Shown: piece by piece, positions 8,894 through 17,935 of the stretch
How the letters are laid out: the number at the start of each line of letters is the position of its first letter
Position numbering within the stretch: the first letter of the stretch is position 1
From: an uncultured Clostridia bacterium
GTDB lineage: Bacteria > Bacillota > Clostridia > Christensenellales > UBA1750
Assembly (NCBI GenBank): GCA_947625765.1
Contig: CANQPP010000009.1
Coordinates: 2,835 to 66,834, forward strand
Reading direction: 5' to 3'
Length of the DNA: 64,000 nt
The notes under the pieces: model-generated
The model's database searches: none
Told to the model about the DNA's origin: nothing
The model's input: the letters and a program-made list of their open reading frames with translations, nothing else
Program-made: the position numbers and the translations under genes

Positions 8894-10156
8894 TCAGTCG
8901 GTCAGGGGCAGCGCGCGCTCGGTGCCGTAGAGCTCCACCACCTGCTCCCAGGCGGAGCGGATGCGGCGGATGCGCGGGTGGTCCTCCATATCCAGCATGG
9001 CGCCAACGGGCAGCACGTCGTAGGCGTAGACCCGCCGGCCGTCGCTCTTATAGACCAGCGTGGGCACGTAGCCCATCCTTTCCAGGCGCGTCTGGTCCTC
9101 CTGCCTGTCCTTCACCAAGTCCAGCTCGAAGATCACGCCGATGTCCCGGGGCCGCGTCTGCTGGTTGGAGATGAAGTTGCCCATGGAGTAGACCACCGGG
9201 CAGCTGCCGCCGTCCGGCTTTTCCAGCCACTCCATGCCCTGCAGCACGTGGGGATGGGAGCCCAGCACCGCGTCCACGCCGGCCTCGGCCAGCATCCGCG
9301 CGTCCCTCTCCTGGCTGTGGTCCTGCACGCCCTCGTATTCCTGGCCCCAATGCACCATGGCCAGGATGAAGTCCGCTCCCTGCTCCCGCAGGGCGGCCAC
9401 GTCCTCGCGCACGCGCTCCTCCTCCAAGGGATACACCATGTATTCCTCATCCGGCTTGTGGTTGTAGGTGGCCGTGTAGGCAAGGATGCCGAGCTTGATG
9501 TCGTTCCGCTCCAGCAGCAGGAAGCGCTTCTCCGTCTCCTTGGAGGCGTTGGCCCCGACGGTCTCAAAACCCTTATCGCTAAGCACCTGCAGCGTCCTCA
9601 CCAGACCCGGCAGGCGATGGTCGAAGGCGTGGTTGTTGGCCATGGTCAGCACGTCAAAGCCCGCGTCCTTGAGCGCGTCGGCCAGCGTGTCCGGGCAGTT
9701 GAACTTGGGGAAGCCCGTGTAGGGCTTTTCCTCGCCCATGAACACCGTCTCCAGGTTGCCGATGGCCACGTCTGCCTTCTGGATGGACGGCGTGATGGAG
9801 GCAAAGAAGGAGGAAAAGTCGTAGCTGCCGTCGTCCTGCAGCGCGGACTCGATCTGCTTCTCGTGGGCCATGATGTCCCCCACCACGCGCACGGTGAGCC
9901 GCGTTTCCGGCAAAGGCGTCGCGGTGGGCGCGGGCGTCTGTGTGGAAGCGGGCTCCGGCGTGGGCTTAGGCGTCGGGGACGGTGTCGGCTTTGGCGTGGG
10001 CGTGACCGAGAGGGCGACGCCCTCCGACGCAGCGGGCGCGCTTGGCGAAAGCAGCAGCCGGACGCCCACAACGAGCAGGGCGCAGGCGCCCAGCATCAGC
10101 GCAACGGACAGCGCCAGCAGCGCATGGAACCCCTTTCCCCCGCTCCGCCTGTTCAT
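8894..10156 (-). CDS. CapA family protein (PGA_cap metallophosphatase-like), membrane-anchored
   Basis: N-terminal TM helix, a Pro/Thr-rich linker, then VVGDIMAHEKQ..., NNHAFDH and VHWGQEY motifs typical of CapA. Confidence 0.8.
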   Translation of the reverse strand: MNRRSGGKGFHALLALSVALMLGACALLVVGVRLLLSPSAPAASEGVALSVTPTPKPTPSPTPKPTPEPASTQTPAPTATPLPETRLTVRVVGDIMAHEKQIESALQDDGSYDFSSFFASITPSIQKADVAIGNLETVFMGEEKPYTGFPKFNCPDTLADALKDAGFDVLTMANNHAFDHRLPGLVRTLQVLSDKGFETVGANASKETEKRFLLLERNDIKLGILAYTATYNHKPDEEYMVYPLEEERVREDVAALREQGADFILAMVHWGQEYEGVQDHSQERDARMLAEAGVDAVLGSHPHVLQGMEWLEKPDGGSCPVVYSMGNFISNQQTRPRDIGVIFELDLVKDRQEDQTRLERMGYVPTLVYKSDGRRVYAYDVLPVGAMLDMEDHPRIRRIRSAWEQVVELYGTERALPLTD

Positions 10157-10272
10157 GACACACGCACGCTCCCGTCTCTGCCCGTTATTCAGGCAGCTTC
10201 CATATTTTAGTAGTATACCATAGATTTGGCGGATTGGCCATTCTTTCCTGCTTTGCCCGCGGCGGCCTTATA

Positions 10273-10608
10273 TCAGATGGGCAGGCGCGTCTGCCCCTCC
10301 GATCCCGGGGGCTTCAGCACGCCCAGGCGCAGGAAGATGGGATAGAGATAGCTGGCCCCGAAGGTGCCCAGCTTCTTGGGGCCGTCCACCAGGCCGCCCT
10401 CCGCCTCGATCTGTTTCGCCCGGCGGAAGGCCGCGTTCACCGTGGCGCGGGTGATGGATTTGGCCTTGCGGTCCACGAACACCTCGCCGCCCCGTATCTC
10501 GTATTGAAAGACGAGCCCCTTGCAGGTGATGAAGCTCTCGCCCTGGCAGCGCAGCAGCCCCTCCCACAGGGCGTTCTCGTCCGCGTCCCCGCCTCCCGGA
10601 TACCGCAA
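10273..10608 (-). CDS. hypothetical protein (111 aa)
   Basis: TTG start at 10608 with GGGGAGG 10 nt upstream. The composition is protein-like and not Arg/Pro-skewed. I recognise no family. Confidence 0.55.
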   Translation of the reverse strand: MRYPGGGDADENALWEGLLRCQGESFITCKGLVFQYEIRGGEVFVDRKAKSITRATVNAAFRRAKQIEAEGGLVDGPKKLGTFGASYLYPIFLRLGVLKPPGSEGQTRLPI

Positions 10609-10836
10609 CTTCTGTGTGCCTCCCCTTGTCTTTTTTCCTCAACTATACAGCAGCCTCTGCCCATTTGCAAGCCTCCGCCCGCGTATGTCTTCGCCGCCCG
10701 CTTTTTTCTTGTGAGATCCTTCCCGTTTCCCTCTTGCGCTTTTTACGCGTTTTGGCTTATGATAGGATCGATAGAATATCCGGCTCTCCCTTGAAGGGGC
10801 CGGAACGAGCTGCTTTCCTTAATGCGAGGTTTTCCG

Positions 10837-11277
10837 ATGGAAATACGCAACATGACGCTTTCCGATCATGAGGAGGTCTATTCCCTATGGCTGCGCTGCC
10901 CGGGGATGGGCCTGACCGATCTGGACGATTCCAGGGAGGGGATCGCCCGCTACTTATCCCGCAACCCCGGCACCTGCTTTGTGGCCGTGGAGGAGGGCCG
11001 GATCGTGGGCGCGCTCCTGTCCGGGCACGACGGCCGCCGGGGCCACATCGGCCACACCGCGGTCTCGCCCGAACACCGGCGGCGGGGGATCGGTCGGCGG
11101 CTGGTCGAGGCGGCGCTGAACGCCTTGCAAGAGCAGGGCATCCACAAGGTCGACCTGGTGGTGTTTTCCCGCAACGAGCCGGGCAACGCCTTCTGGGAGG
11201 CGATGGGTTTCCATCTGCGCACCGATTTAAACTACCGCGACCGCCCGCTCACGGATATGCAGCGCATCGACACTTAA
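10837..11277 (+). CDS. GNAT family N-acetyltransferase
   Basis: MEIRNMTLSDHEEVYSLW... and HRRRGIGRRLVEAALNAL (acetyl-CoA site). 146 aa. Confidence 0.85.
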   Translation: MEIRNMTLSDHEEVYSLWLRCPGMGLTDLDDSREGIARYLSRNPGTCFVAVEEGRIVGALLSGHDGRRGHIGHTAVSPEHRRRGIGRRLVEAALNALQEQGIHKVDLVVFSRNEPGNAFWEAMGFHLRTDLNYRDRPLTDMQRIDT

Positions 11278-11331
11278 AACAAGACATACAGCTTTTTATA
11301 CTCTTTTCCGACGATCGAAGGGGGCTTCCGC

Positions 11332-14300
11332 ATGGCCTTTACCCATCTGCACCTGCACACCGAATACTCGCTTCTGGACGGAGCCTGCCGGCTCAAGCCC
11401 CTGATCCAGCGCGCCAAGGAGCTGGGCATGGACAGCCTGGCCATCACCGACCACGGCGTGATGTACGGCGTGGTGGACTTCTACTCCCTCTGCAAGGAGG
11501 CGGGCATCCACCCGGTGATCGGCTGCGAGGTGTACGTGGCGCCCGGCTCCCGCTTCGCCAAGGACGTGCTCAACCGCGAGAGCTCCCACCTGATCCTGCT
11601 CTGCCAGAGCCAAGAGGGCTACCAGAACCTGATCAAGCTGGTCTCCGCGGGCTTCATCGAGGGCTACTACTACCGCCCCCGCATCGATATGGAGCTGCTG
11701 GAGAAGTATTCCGGCGGTCTGATCGGCCTGTCCGCCTGCTTATCCGGCGAGATACCGCGTTTGATCTTAAACGGCCAAAAGGCGGAAGCCAAGAAGCTGG
11801 CCCTGCGCTTTGAACAAATTTTGGGTAAGGGCAACTTCTATCTGGAGATACAGGACCACGGCATCGAGGGCGAGCGGGAGGTGGCCTCCGCGCTGATCGA
11901 GATGTCCAAAGAGCTGGGCATCCCCCTGGCCGCCACCAACGACGTGCACTACATCCGCCGGGAGGACGCCGCCGCCCAAGAGGTGCTCATGTGCATCCAG
12001 ACCGGCAAGACCCTGCAGGACGAGGACCGCATGGGGATGCACACCGACCAGCTGTACCTAAAGACCGAGCAGGAGATGGCCGCGCTCTTCCCGGAGGTGC
12101 CGCAGGCGCTCCAGAACACCCACGACATCGCCATGCGCTGCCACGTGGACTTCGAGTTCGGCCACTACCACCTGCCGGACTTCCCCGTGCCCGGCGGCGA
12201 GGACCACGCCCACTACCTGCGCAGGCTCTGCTTTGAGGGCGCGGAAAAGCGCTACGGCAAGGTGGAGGGGAAGGTCAAGGAGCGGCTGGAGTACGAGCTT
12301 TCCGTCATCGAACGCTGCGGCTACGTGGATTACTTCCTGATCGTCTGGGACTTCGTGCGTTTCGCCAAGGAGCAGGACATCCCCGTGGGTCCGGGGCGCG
12401 GCAGCGGGGCCGGTTCCATCTGCGCCTATGCGCTCACCATCACCGACATCGACCCGCTCAAGTTCGACCTCATCTTCGAGCGCTTCCTAAACCCCGAGCG
12501 CGTGTCCATGCCGGACTTCGACATCGACTTCTGCTACGAGCGGCGGCAGGAGGTGATCGACTACGTGGTGCGCCGCTACGGCGAGGACCACGTGAGCCAG
12601 ATCATCACCTTCGGCACCATGGCGGCCCGCGCCGTTGTGCGCGACGTGGGCCGCGTGATGGGCATGTCCTACGGCGAGGTGGACGAGATCGCCAAGCTCA
12701 TCCCCAGCCAGCCGGGCATGACGCTCGAAAAGGCCTTCGACCTGAGCGCGGAGCTGCGCGCCATGCGCGAGGGCAGCGACCAGGTGCGCCGCCTGTTCGA
12801 GTACGCCTTCCTTTTGGAAGGCATGCCCCGCCACGCCAGCACCCACGCCGCGGGCGTGGTGATCGGCGCCCAGCCCCTGACGGACTTCGTGCCCCTGCAG
12901 ACCAACGACGACGTGATCACCACCCAGTTCCCCATGGGCACCATCGAGCGGCTGGGCCTTCTGAAGATGGACTTCTTAGGCCTGCGGACGCTCACCATCA
13001 TCAAGGACGCCATCGAGATGGTGAAGGCGGACGGCGGCCCCTCCATCGACTTTGAGGCGATGGGCTACGAGGACAGGGCCACCTACGAGATGCTCTCCCG
13101 GGGCGATACGGACGGCGTGTTCCAGCTGGAATCCGCGGGCATGCGCCGGGTGCTGACGGAGCTGGGCCCCGAGTCTTTGGAGGACCTGGCCGCCGTCATC
13201 TCCCTGTACCGGCCCGGCCCCATGGATTCCATCCCCCGCTACATCCGCGGCAAGAAGGACCCCTCCACCGTCAGCTACTTATCCCCCGTTCTGGAGAACG
13301 TGCTAAGCGTCACCTACGGCTGCATGGTCTACCAGGAGCAGGTGATGCAGATCGTGCGCGACATGGCCGGCTACTCCATGGGCCGCAGCGACCTTGTGCG
13401 CCGCGCGATGGCCAAGAAGAAGCAGGCCGAGATGGAGAAGGAGCGCAAGGTGTTCGTGGAAGGCCTGACGGATGAGCAGGGCAACGTGCTGGTCCCCGGC
13501 GCCATCCGCCTGGGCACCTCCCGCGAGGTGGCGCTGGAGGTCTTTTCCCAGATGGAATCCTTCGCCCAATACGCCTTCAACAAGCCCCACGCCGCCGCCT
13601 ACGCGGTGGTGGCCTACCAGACGGCCTACCTCAAGTGCCACCACCCGGTGCCCTTCATGGCCGCCTGCATGAACTCGGTGGTCGGCAGCTCCGACAAGCT
13701 GGCCGGCTTCATCCAGTACTGCCGCAAGCGGGGCATCCGCGTGCTGCCGCCGGACGTGAACCTCTCCCAGCCGCGCTTCACCGTGGAAAACGGGGCCATC
13801 CGCTACGGCCTCTCCGCCTTAAAGGGCGCGGGCCTGGCCGCGGTGGAGGCCGTCGCCCAGGTGCGCAAGGAGTCGCCTTTCACCGACATCTACGACTTCT
13901 GCGACCGCACCGCGCCCAAGGGCATCAACAAGAAGTGCGTGGAGTGCCTCATCAAGGCCGGGGCCATGGACGGCCTGCCCGGCAACCGCGCCCAGAAGCT
14001 GAGCGTGTACGAGAGGGCCATGGACGGCGCGGTGCAGCGGGGCAAGAACCTGCTGGAGGGGCAGCTGAGCCTCTTCGGCGGGCCGGACGCGGCCCTGAAT
14101 GTGGAGCGCGCGCCCCTGCCGCCCCTGCGGGAGCATCCCCGCCGCCTGCTCCTGCTCATGGAAAAGGAGATGACCGGCACCTACATCACCGGCCACCCCT
14201 TGGACGAATACGCCTCCGCCCTGCGGGAGCAGAAGATAAGCATCGGCCAGCTTTTACGCCTTGCGGAGGAGGAGGACTGGCAGAAGTACGACGAGATGCC

Positions 14301-14787
14301 CGTGCAGCTGGGCGCGATGGTGATCGAGTCCCGCCTGGTGACCACGCGCAACAACTCCCTCATGTGCTTCCTGCGCCTGGAGGATTTCGAGGGCTCCATC
14401 GAGGCGCTGGTCTTCCCCAAGGTGTACGAGCGGCTGAACCGGCTTTTGCAGGTGGATTCCGTCCTGCGCTTTACCGGCAAGCTGTCCCTGCGGGAGGAAA
14501 AGGCGCCGAGCCTGCTCATCGACAACGCCGTGCCCCTGCACCCCGCGCAAACGAAACAGGAGCGCAAGCTGTACCTGCGTCTGGATTCCCGAGGGAGGAT
14601 GCCGCAGGTGATGGAGCTTGTGCGCCGCTCCCCCGGCGACTGCCAGGTGCGCGTGTACGTGGACGGCAAGACCTACATACTGCCCGAGCAGAGCCGCGTG
14701 GACCCCTCGCCCGAGTGGCTCGAGCAGGCCGCGGAGGCCTTGGGCCGGGACAACGTGCGCCTGGTCGAGGGCGCGCCCCAAATGTAA
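11332..14787 (+). CDS. dnaE: DNA polymerase III subunit alpha
   Basis: PHP domain start MAFTHLHLHTEYSLLDG. 1151 aa with DnaE-type polymerase core and OB-fold tail. Confidence 0.97.
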   Translation: MAFTHLHLHTEYSLLDGACRLKPLIQRAKELGMDSLAITDHGVMYGVVDFYSLCKEAGIHPVIGCEVYVAPGSRFAKDVLNRESSHLILLCQSQEGYQNLIKLVSAGFIEGYYYRPRIDMELLEKYSGGLIGLSACLSGEIPRLILNGQKAEAKKLALRFEQILGKGNFYLEIQDHGIEGEREVASALIEMSKELGIPLAATNDVHYIRREDAAAQEVLMCIQTGKTLQDEDRMGMHTDQLYLKTEQEMAALFPEVPQALQNTHDIAMRCHVDFEFGHYHLPDFPVPGGEDHAHYLRRLCFEGAEKRYGKVEGKVKERLEYELSVIERCGYVDYFLIVWDFVRFAKEQDIPVGPGRGSGAGSICAYALTITDIDPLKFDLIFERFLNPERVSMPDFDIDFCYERRQEVIDYVVRRYGEDHVSQIITFGTMAARAVVRDVGRVMGMSYGEVDEIAKLIPSQPGMTLEKAFDLSAELRAMREGSDQVRRLFEYAFLLEGMPRHASTHAAGVVIGAQPLTDFVPLQTNDDVITTQFPMGTIERLGLLKMDFLGLRTLTIIKDAIEMVKADGGPSIDFEAMGYEDRATYEMLSRGDTDGVFQLESAGMRRVLTELGPESLEDLAAVISLYRPGPMDSIPRYIRGKKDPSTVSYLSPVLENVLSVTYGCMVYQEQVMQIVRDMAGYSMGRSDLVRRAMAKKKQAEMEKERKVFVEGLTDEQGNVLVPGAIRLGTSREVALEVFSQMESFAQYAFNKPHAAAYAVVAYQTAYLKCHHPVPFMAACMNSVVGSSDKLAGFIQYCRKRGIRVLPPDVNLSQPRFTVENGAIRYGLSALKGAGLAAVEAVAQVRKESPFTDIYDFCDRTAPKGINKKCVECLIKAGAMDGLPGNRAQKLSVYERAMDGAVQRGKNLLEGQLSLFGGPDAALNVERAPLPPLREHPRRLLLLMEKEMTGTYITGHPLDEYASALREQKISIGQLLRLAEEEDWQKYDEMPVQLGAMVIESRLVTTRNNSLMCFLRLEDFEGSIEALVFPKVYERLNRLLQVDSVLRFTGKLSLREEKAPSLLIDNAVPLHPAQTKQERKLYLRLDSRGRMPQVMELVRRSPGDCQVRVYVDGKTYILPEQSRVDPSPEWLEQAAEALGRDNVRLVEGAPQM

Positions 14788-14894
14788 AGCCTTTATGCAC
14801 AGGAGCAGCGCCGCCTTGAACTGGGTTTCGCAATATGATAAAATACGTCTTAAAGAGGTCCTGCGGCCGCCCCGAACCGAAGGAGGGAGCATCG

Positions 14895-15122
14895 ATGCCC
14901 GTTTCCGCCCGCACGAGCGGCGTCTGGGTGGTGGTCCACATGGCGCGCTCCGCCTGCGCCGCCCGGCACCTGCAGCAGGAGCTGACGGCCCAGGGGCTGC
15001 TGGTGCGCCTAAAGCCCGTGTACAAGAACCGCAGCGACCGGGACAACTACTTCGAGATCATGGTCCTGCATTCCGAAGCGGATGCGGCCAGGGAGATACT
15101 GCTGGAAAGCGGATTCCAGTAA
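14895..15122 (+). CDS. small DUF2007-like (putative signal-transducing, PII-like fold) protein
   Basis: ATG at 14895 follows GAAGGAGGGAG. The pattern WVVVHMARSACAARHLQQEL...YFEIMVLHSEADAAREILLESGF fits a beta-alpha-beta repeat. 75 aa. Confidence 0.55.
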   Translation: MPVSARTSGVWVVVHMARSACAARHLQQELTAQGLLVRLKPVYKNRSDRDNYFEIMVLHSEADAAREILLESGFQ

Positions 15123-15155
15123 ACAAAACGCAAAAGAAAGACGAGGAATGAGAGT

Positions 15156-16184
15156 ATGACCAAGATACCCCATCGGATCGGCATCCTGACCAGCGGCGGC
15201 GACGCGCCCGGCATGAACGCGGCCATCCGCGCGGTGGTGCGTTCCGCTCTGTATTATGATATGGAGGTCTACGGCATCCGCGACGGCTACCTGGGCATGA
15301 AGCGTAACGAGGTGGAGCCGCTGGACGCGGGCTCCGTGGGCGACATCATCCACCGCGGCGGCACCTTCCTGGGCACCGCGCGCCTGCCCGAGTTCGCCAC
15401 CGACCGCGAGGTGCGTGAGGTTTGCTATAGCACCCTGCGCGAGCACGGCATCGAGGGCCTGGTGGTCTGCGGCGGCGACGGCTCCTACCGCGGGGCGAAC
15501 CTGCTGCAGAAGGAGACCGGCATCCCCACCGTGGGCCTGCCCGGCACCATCGACAACGACCTGGGCTACACCGACTTCACCATCGGCTTCGACACTGCCG
15601 TCAACACCTGCGTGGACAACATCAACAAGCTGCGCGACACCATGGCGTCCCACGGCCGCGTGTCCGTGGTGGAGGTCATGGGCCGCAACTGCGGCGACAT
15701 CGCCGTGCATTCCGGCATCGCCGCCGGGGCCGAGGCCATCCTGGTGCCCGAGATCCACAAGACCGACAACCAGTGGCTGGACTACATCGTGCGCAAGCTG
15801 CGCGTCTCCTTCGGAAGGGGCAAGAAGTACGGCATCATCGTCATGGCCGAGGGCATCAACATGACACCCAAGATGCACCACTTCACCGCCGACTACATCG
15901 CCAGCTGGCTCAACGCCAACGCCGACGCCGTGGGCCACCGCGTGGACGCCAGGGGCTGCGTCATCGGCCACGTGCAGCGCGGCGGCTCCCCCACCGCCAG
16001 CGACCGCATACTCGCCGCCCGCATGGGCGAGGCCGCCGTGGACGTGCTGCGCGAGGGCAAGACCAACCTGTGCGTGGGCATCCGCCGCAACCGCATCATC
16101 ACCACGCCCATCGACGAGGCCGTGGAGATGAAGAACCACGTGGACAAGCACCTGATTGCCCTGGCCGACATACTGGCCCGCTAA
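15156..16184 (+). CDS. pfkA: ATP-dependent 6-phosphofructokinase
   Basis: IGILTSGGDAPGMNAAIRAVV, VVCGGDGSYRGA and LPGTIDNDL motifs. 342 aa. Confidence 0.95.
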   Translation: MTKIPHRIGILTSGGDAPGMNAAIRAVVRSALYYDMEVYGIRDGYLGMKRNEVEPLDAGSVGDIIHRGGTFLGTARLPEFATDREVREVCYSTLREHGIEGLVVCGGDGSYRGANLLQKETGIPTVGLPGTIDNDLGYTDFTIGFDTAVNTCVDNINKLRDTMASHGRVSVVEVMGRNCGDIAVHSGIAAGAEAILVPEIHKTDNQWLDYIVRKLRVSFGRGKKYGIIVMAEGINMTPKMHHFTADYIASWLNANADAVGHRVDARGCVIGHVQRGGSPTASDRILAARMGEAAVDVLREGKTNLCVGIRRNRIITTPIDEAVEMKNHVDKHLIALADILAR

Positions 16185-16203
16185 ATACCTTGACACATAC
16201 AGC

Positions 16204-16245
16204 AGCTCCCCGCTTCCGCAAGGGAAACGGGGAGCTCTTTTTTTG
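16204..16245 (+). terminator. rho-independent terminator of pfkA
   Basis: agctccccg (16204-16212) pairs with cggggagct (16228-16236), followed by a run of seven T. Confidence 0.85.
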
Positions 16246-16270
16246 CCTGTCTACCGGCCAGCGGGGCCGT

Positions 16271-16885
16271 TTATTCTTCCTTCGTCAGCACCTTTCTCTG
16301 CCAGCTTTTCTCTCCGCATTTGGGGCACCTCATGTACCTTGTCCTAAGGGAATGCGGCGCCAGATTCACCTGCCAGTAGCCCGGCACGTATCTATGGCCG
16401 CAGCGCCGGCACTCGTAGTACCCGGCCTTCTGCTCGATCCCCACCGCGATAAAGGCGATGGCAAAGACCACGATGACGGCAAATGCGAGCAGCGCGACCC
16501 GGAGCCCGGCGGGCATCTCGATGAGCGCGGCCACCAGGCTTAAGGCGAGCCCCGCGAGGACCGCCGGGACGGTCAGCAGGACCTCCAGCCTCAGCAGCAG
16601 CCGGTCCTTCTCCTCGTTCTCGCGCTTGAGTGTCAGCAGGGCCTCCTCCGCCCTTCTTTCATAGGTTTCCGCCATGATCCTTTCGCCCGACAGGAGTTCG
16701 TTGACGCTGATCTTAAGAAGTCCGCACACCTCCAGCATGATCCCGGAGTCGGGCAGGGACCTTCCCGTCTCCCACTTGGAGACCGCCCGGTCGCTGATGC
16801 CGAGCTTCTCCGCCAGGGCGGCCTGGGTCATGCCCTGCTCCTTCCTGCAGAGGGCGATGAATTTTCCGATCTTGATCGGGTCCAT
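16271..16885 (-). CDS. XRE-family HTH regulator with two TM helices and a C-terminal zinc ribbon
   Basis: HTH MTQAALAEKLGISDRAVSKWETG, hydrophobic segments LTVPAVLAGLALSLVAALI and ALLAFAVIVVFAIAFIAVGI, then CRRCGH...CPKCGE. ATG at 16885 is 8 nt after AGGAGG. Confidence 0.8.
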   Translation of the reverse strand: MDPIKIGKFIALCRKEQGMTQAALAEKLGISDRAVSKWETGRSLPDSGIMLEVCGLLKISVNELLSGERIMAETYERRAEEALLTLKRENEEKDRLLLRLEVLLTVPAVLAGLALSLVAALIEMPAGLRVALLAFAVIVVFAIAFIAVGIEQKAGYYECRRCGHRYVPGYWQVNLAPHSLRTRYMRCPKCGEKSWQRKVLTKEE

Positions 16886-17006
16886 ATCGGGCACCTCCTT
16901 TCATGGCCCCAGCATAGCCGAAACCCATAGGAATGAACACGAACCAGCGGTTGAGTTAGGCGTTTCTACCGAAAATCGGCGGCGGATATGCCGATTTTCT
17001 CTCTAT

Positions 17007-17406
17007 TTACCTCCCCAGTTCAAGGGAGGCGATCTGACGCATCAGCCAGAAGGCGCACAGGCGCAGGCGGACGACGCTCCCGATAAAGGGCGCAAAGGAA
17101 CGCAGCAGGACGGGCACCGCGGCGCAGACCGCCTCCGGCTCATCCTGCAGGAGCGTTACGTGCGGCGTCCAGGGGCGGCCTTCGTCCCCGCCCGCGCAGC
17201 AGATTTCGTGCAGCGCATCCAGCCGCGCATCTCTCTCGGGTGCGCAGAAGAGGACGTTCCCGCCCGCGAACAGGCCGATGTGGCTGATATGCACCGGGAC
17301 GGCCGCGCTCTCTGCGGCCCTTTTCATGAGTGCCGTACCAGCCGGACAGGCGTTTTTGCGTCTCCCCGTCCAGCTCCGCCATCAGCGTCAGGAACCGTTC
17401 CGCCAT
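17007..17406 (-). pseudogene. 2H phosphoesterase (LigT-like) family gene with an apparent +/-1 frameshift near 17320-17330
   Basis: A good start (GGAGAAG-ATG at 17406) gives MAERFLTLMAELDGETQKRLSGWYGT. The frame then degrades, while an overlapping frame continues ...VPVHISHIGLF...WTPHVTLL, which carries two HxS/T motifs. Family assignment is tentative. Confidence 0.4.
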
Positions 17407-17438
17407 GGTCTTCTCCGTCCTTTGATATTGTTTGGGGG

Positions 17439-17474
17439 AGCAAAAACGGCCGGATATGCCCGGCCGCTTTTGCG
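17439..17474 (-). terminator. terminator hairpin after the NUDIX gene
   Basis: gcaaaaacggccgg (17439-17453) pairs with ccggccgcttttgc (17460-17473) with one mismatch. It sits immediately 3' of the stop at 17477. Confidence 0.6.
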
Positions 17475-17476
17475 GT

Positions 17477-17935
17477 TCATTCGCTCTCTTTCCCCTCCGC
17501 CCGCGGTGGCTCCTGCGCGTGCTCTGCGCGGACGCGACGGAGCAGGCTGCGGTCCTCCCGGAAGCTCAAAAGGCGCAGTGCCTCGTCCAGCTCCACCCAG
17601 GCGGCGGAGAGCACCTCCTCGGGCTGGGGACGCGTTTCTCCCTCGCCCTCGGCCAGGAAGTAGTCCACCCGCTTGCGCACGCCCGTGGGCAGGCCGTAGT
17701 GCCGCCTGTCTAGCACTTCCTCGCTCAGGAGGCGGGCGCGGATGCCGGTCTCCTCGAACACCTCCCGCAGGGCGGTCTGGCGGGTGTTTTCGCCCTTCTC
17801 CACGTGGCCCTTGGGGAAGCTCCAGTGGCCGTCCCAGTGGCTCTGCACCAGCAGAACGCGCGGGGGTGAAGCGTTCCTTTGGAACACCAGCGCCCCGCAG
17901 GAATACTCCAGCCTGCCCGGCTGCGTTTTTCTCAT
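17477..17935 (-). CDS. NUDIX hydrolase (Ap4A-hydrolase-like)
   Basis: Nudix box GHVEKGENTRQTALREVFEETGI. 152 aa. Its ATG overlaps the stop of the upstream glycosyltransferase (ATGA). Confidence 0.85.
   Translation of the reverse strand: MRKTQPGRLEYSCGALVFQRNASPPRVLLVQSHWDGHWSFPKGHVEKGENTRQTALREVFEETGIRARLLSEEVLDRRHYGLPTGVRKRVDYFLAEGEGETRPQPEEVLSAAWVELDEALRLLSFREDRSLLRRVRAEHAQEPPRAEGKESE

Noticed and set aside
9930-10020. Periodic Pro/Thr/Lys-coding repeat (TPTPKPTPSPTPKPTPEP) in the capA-like gene, with a similar tract at about 62480-62590 in the DUF5050-like gene.
   Set aside because: These are low-complexity extracytoplasmic linkers directly after the membrane anchor or lipobox, not independent DNA repeat elements.
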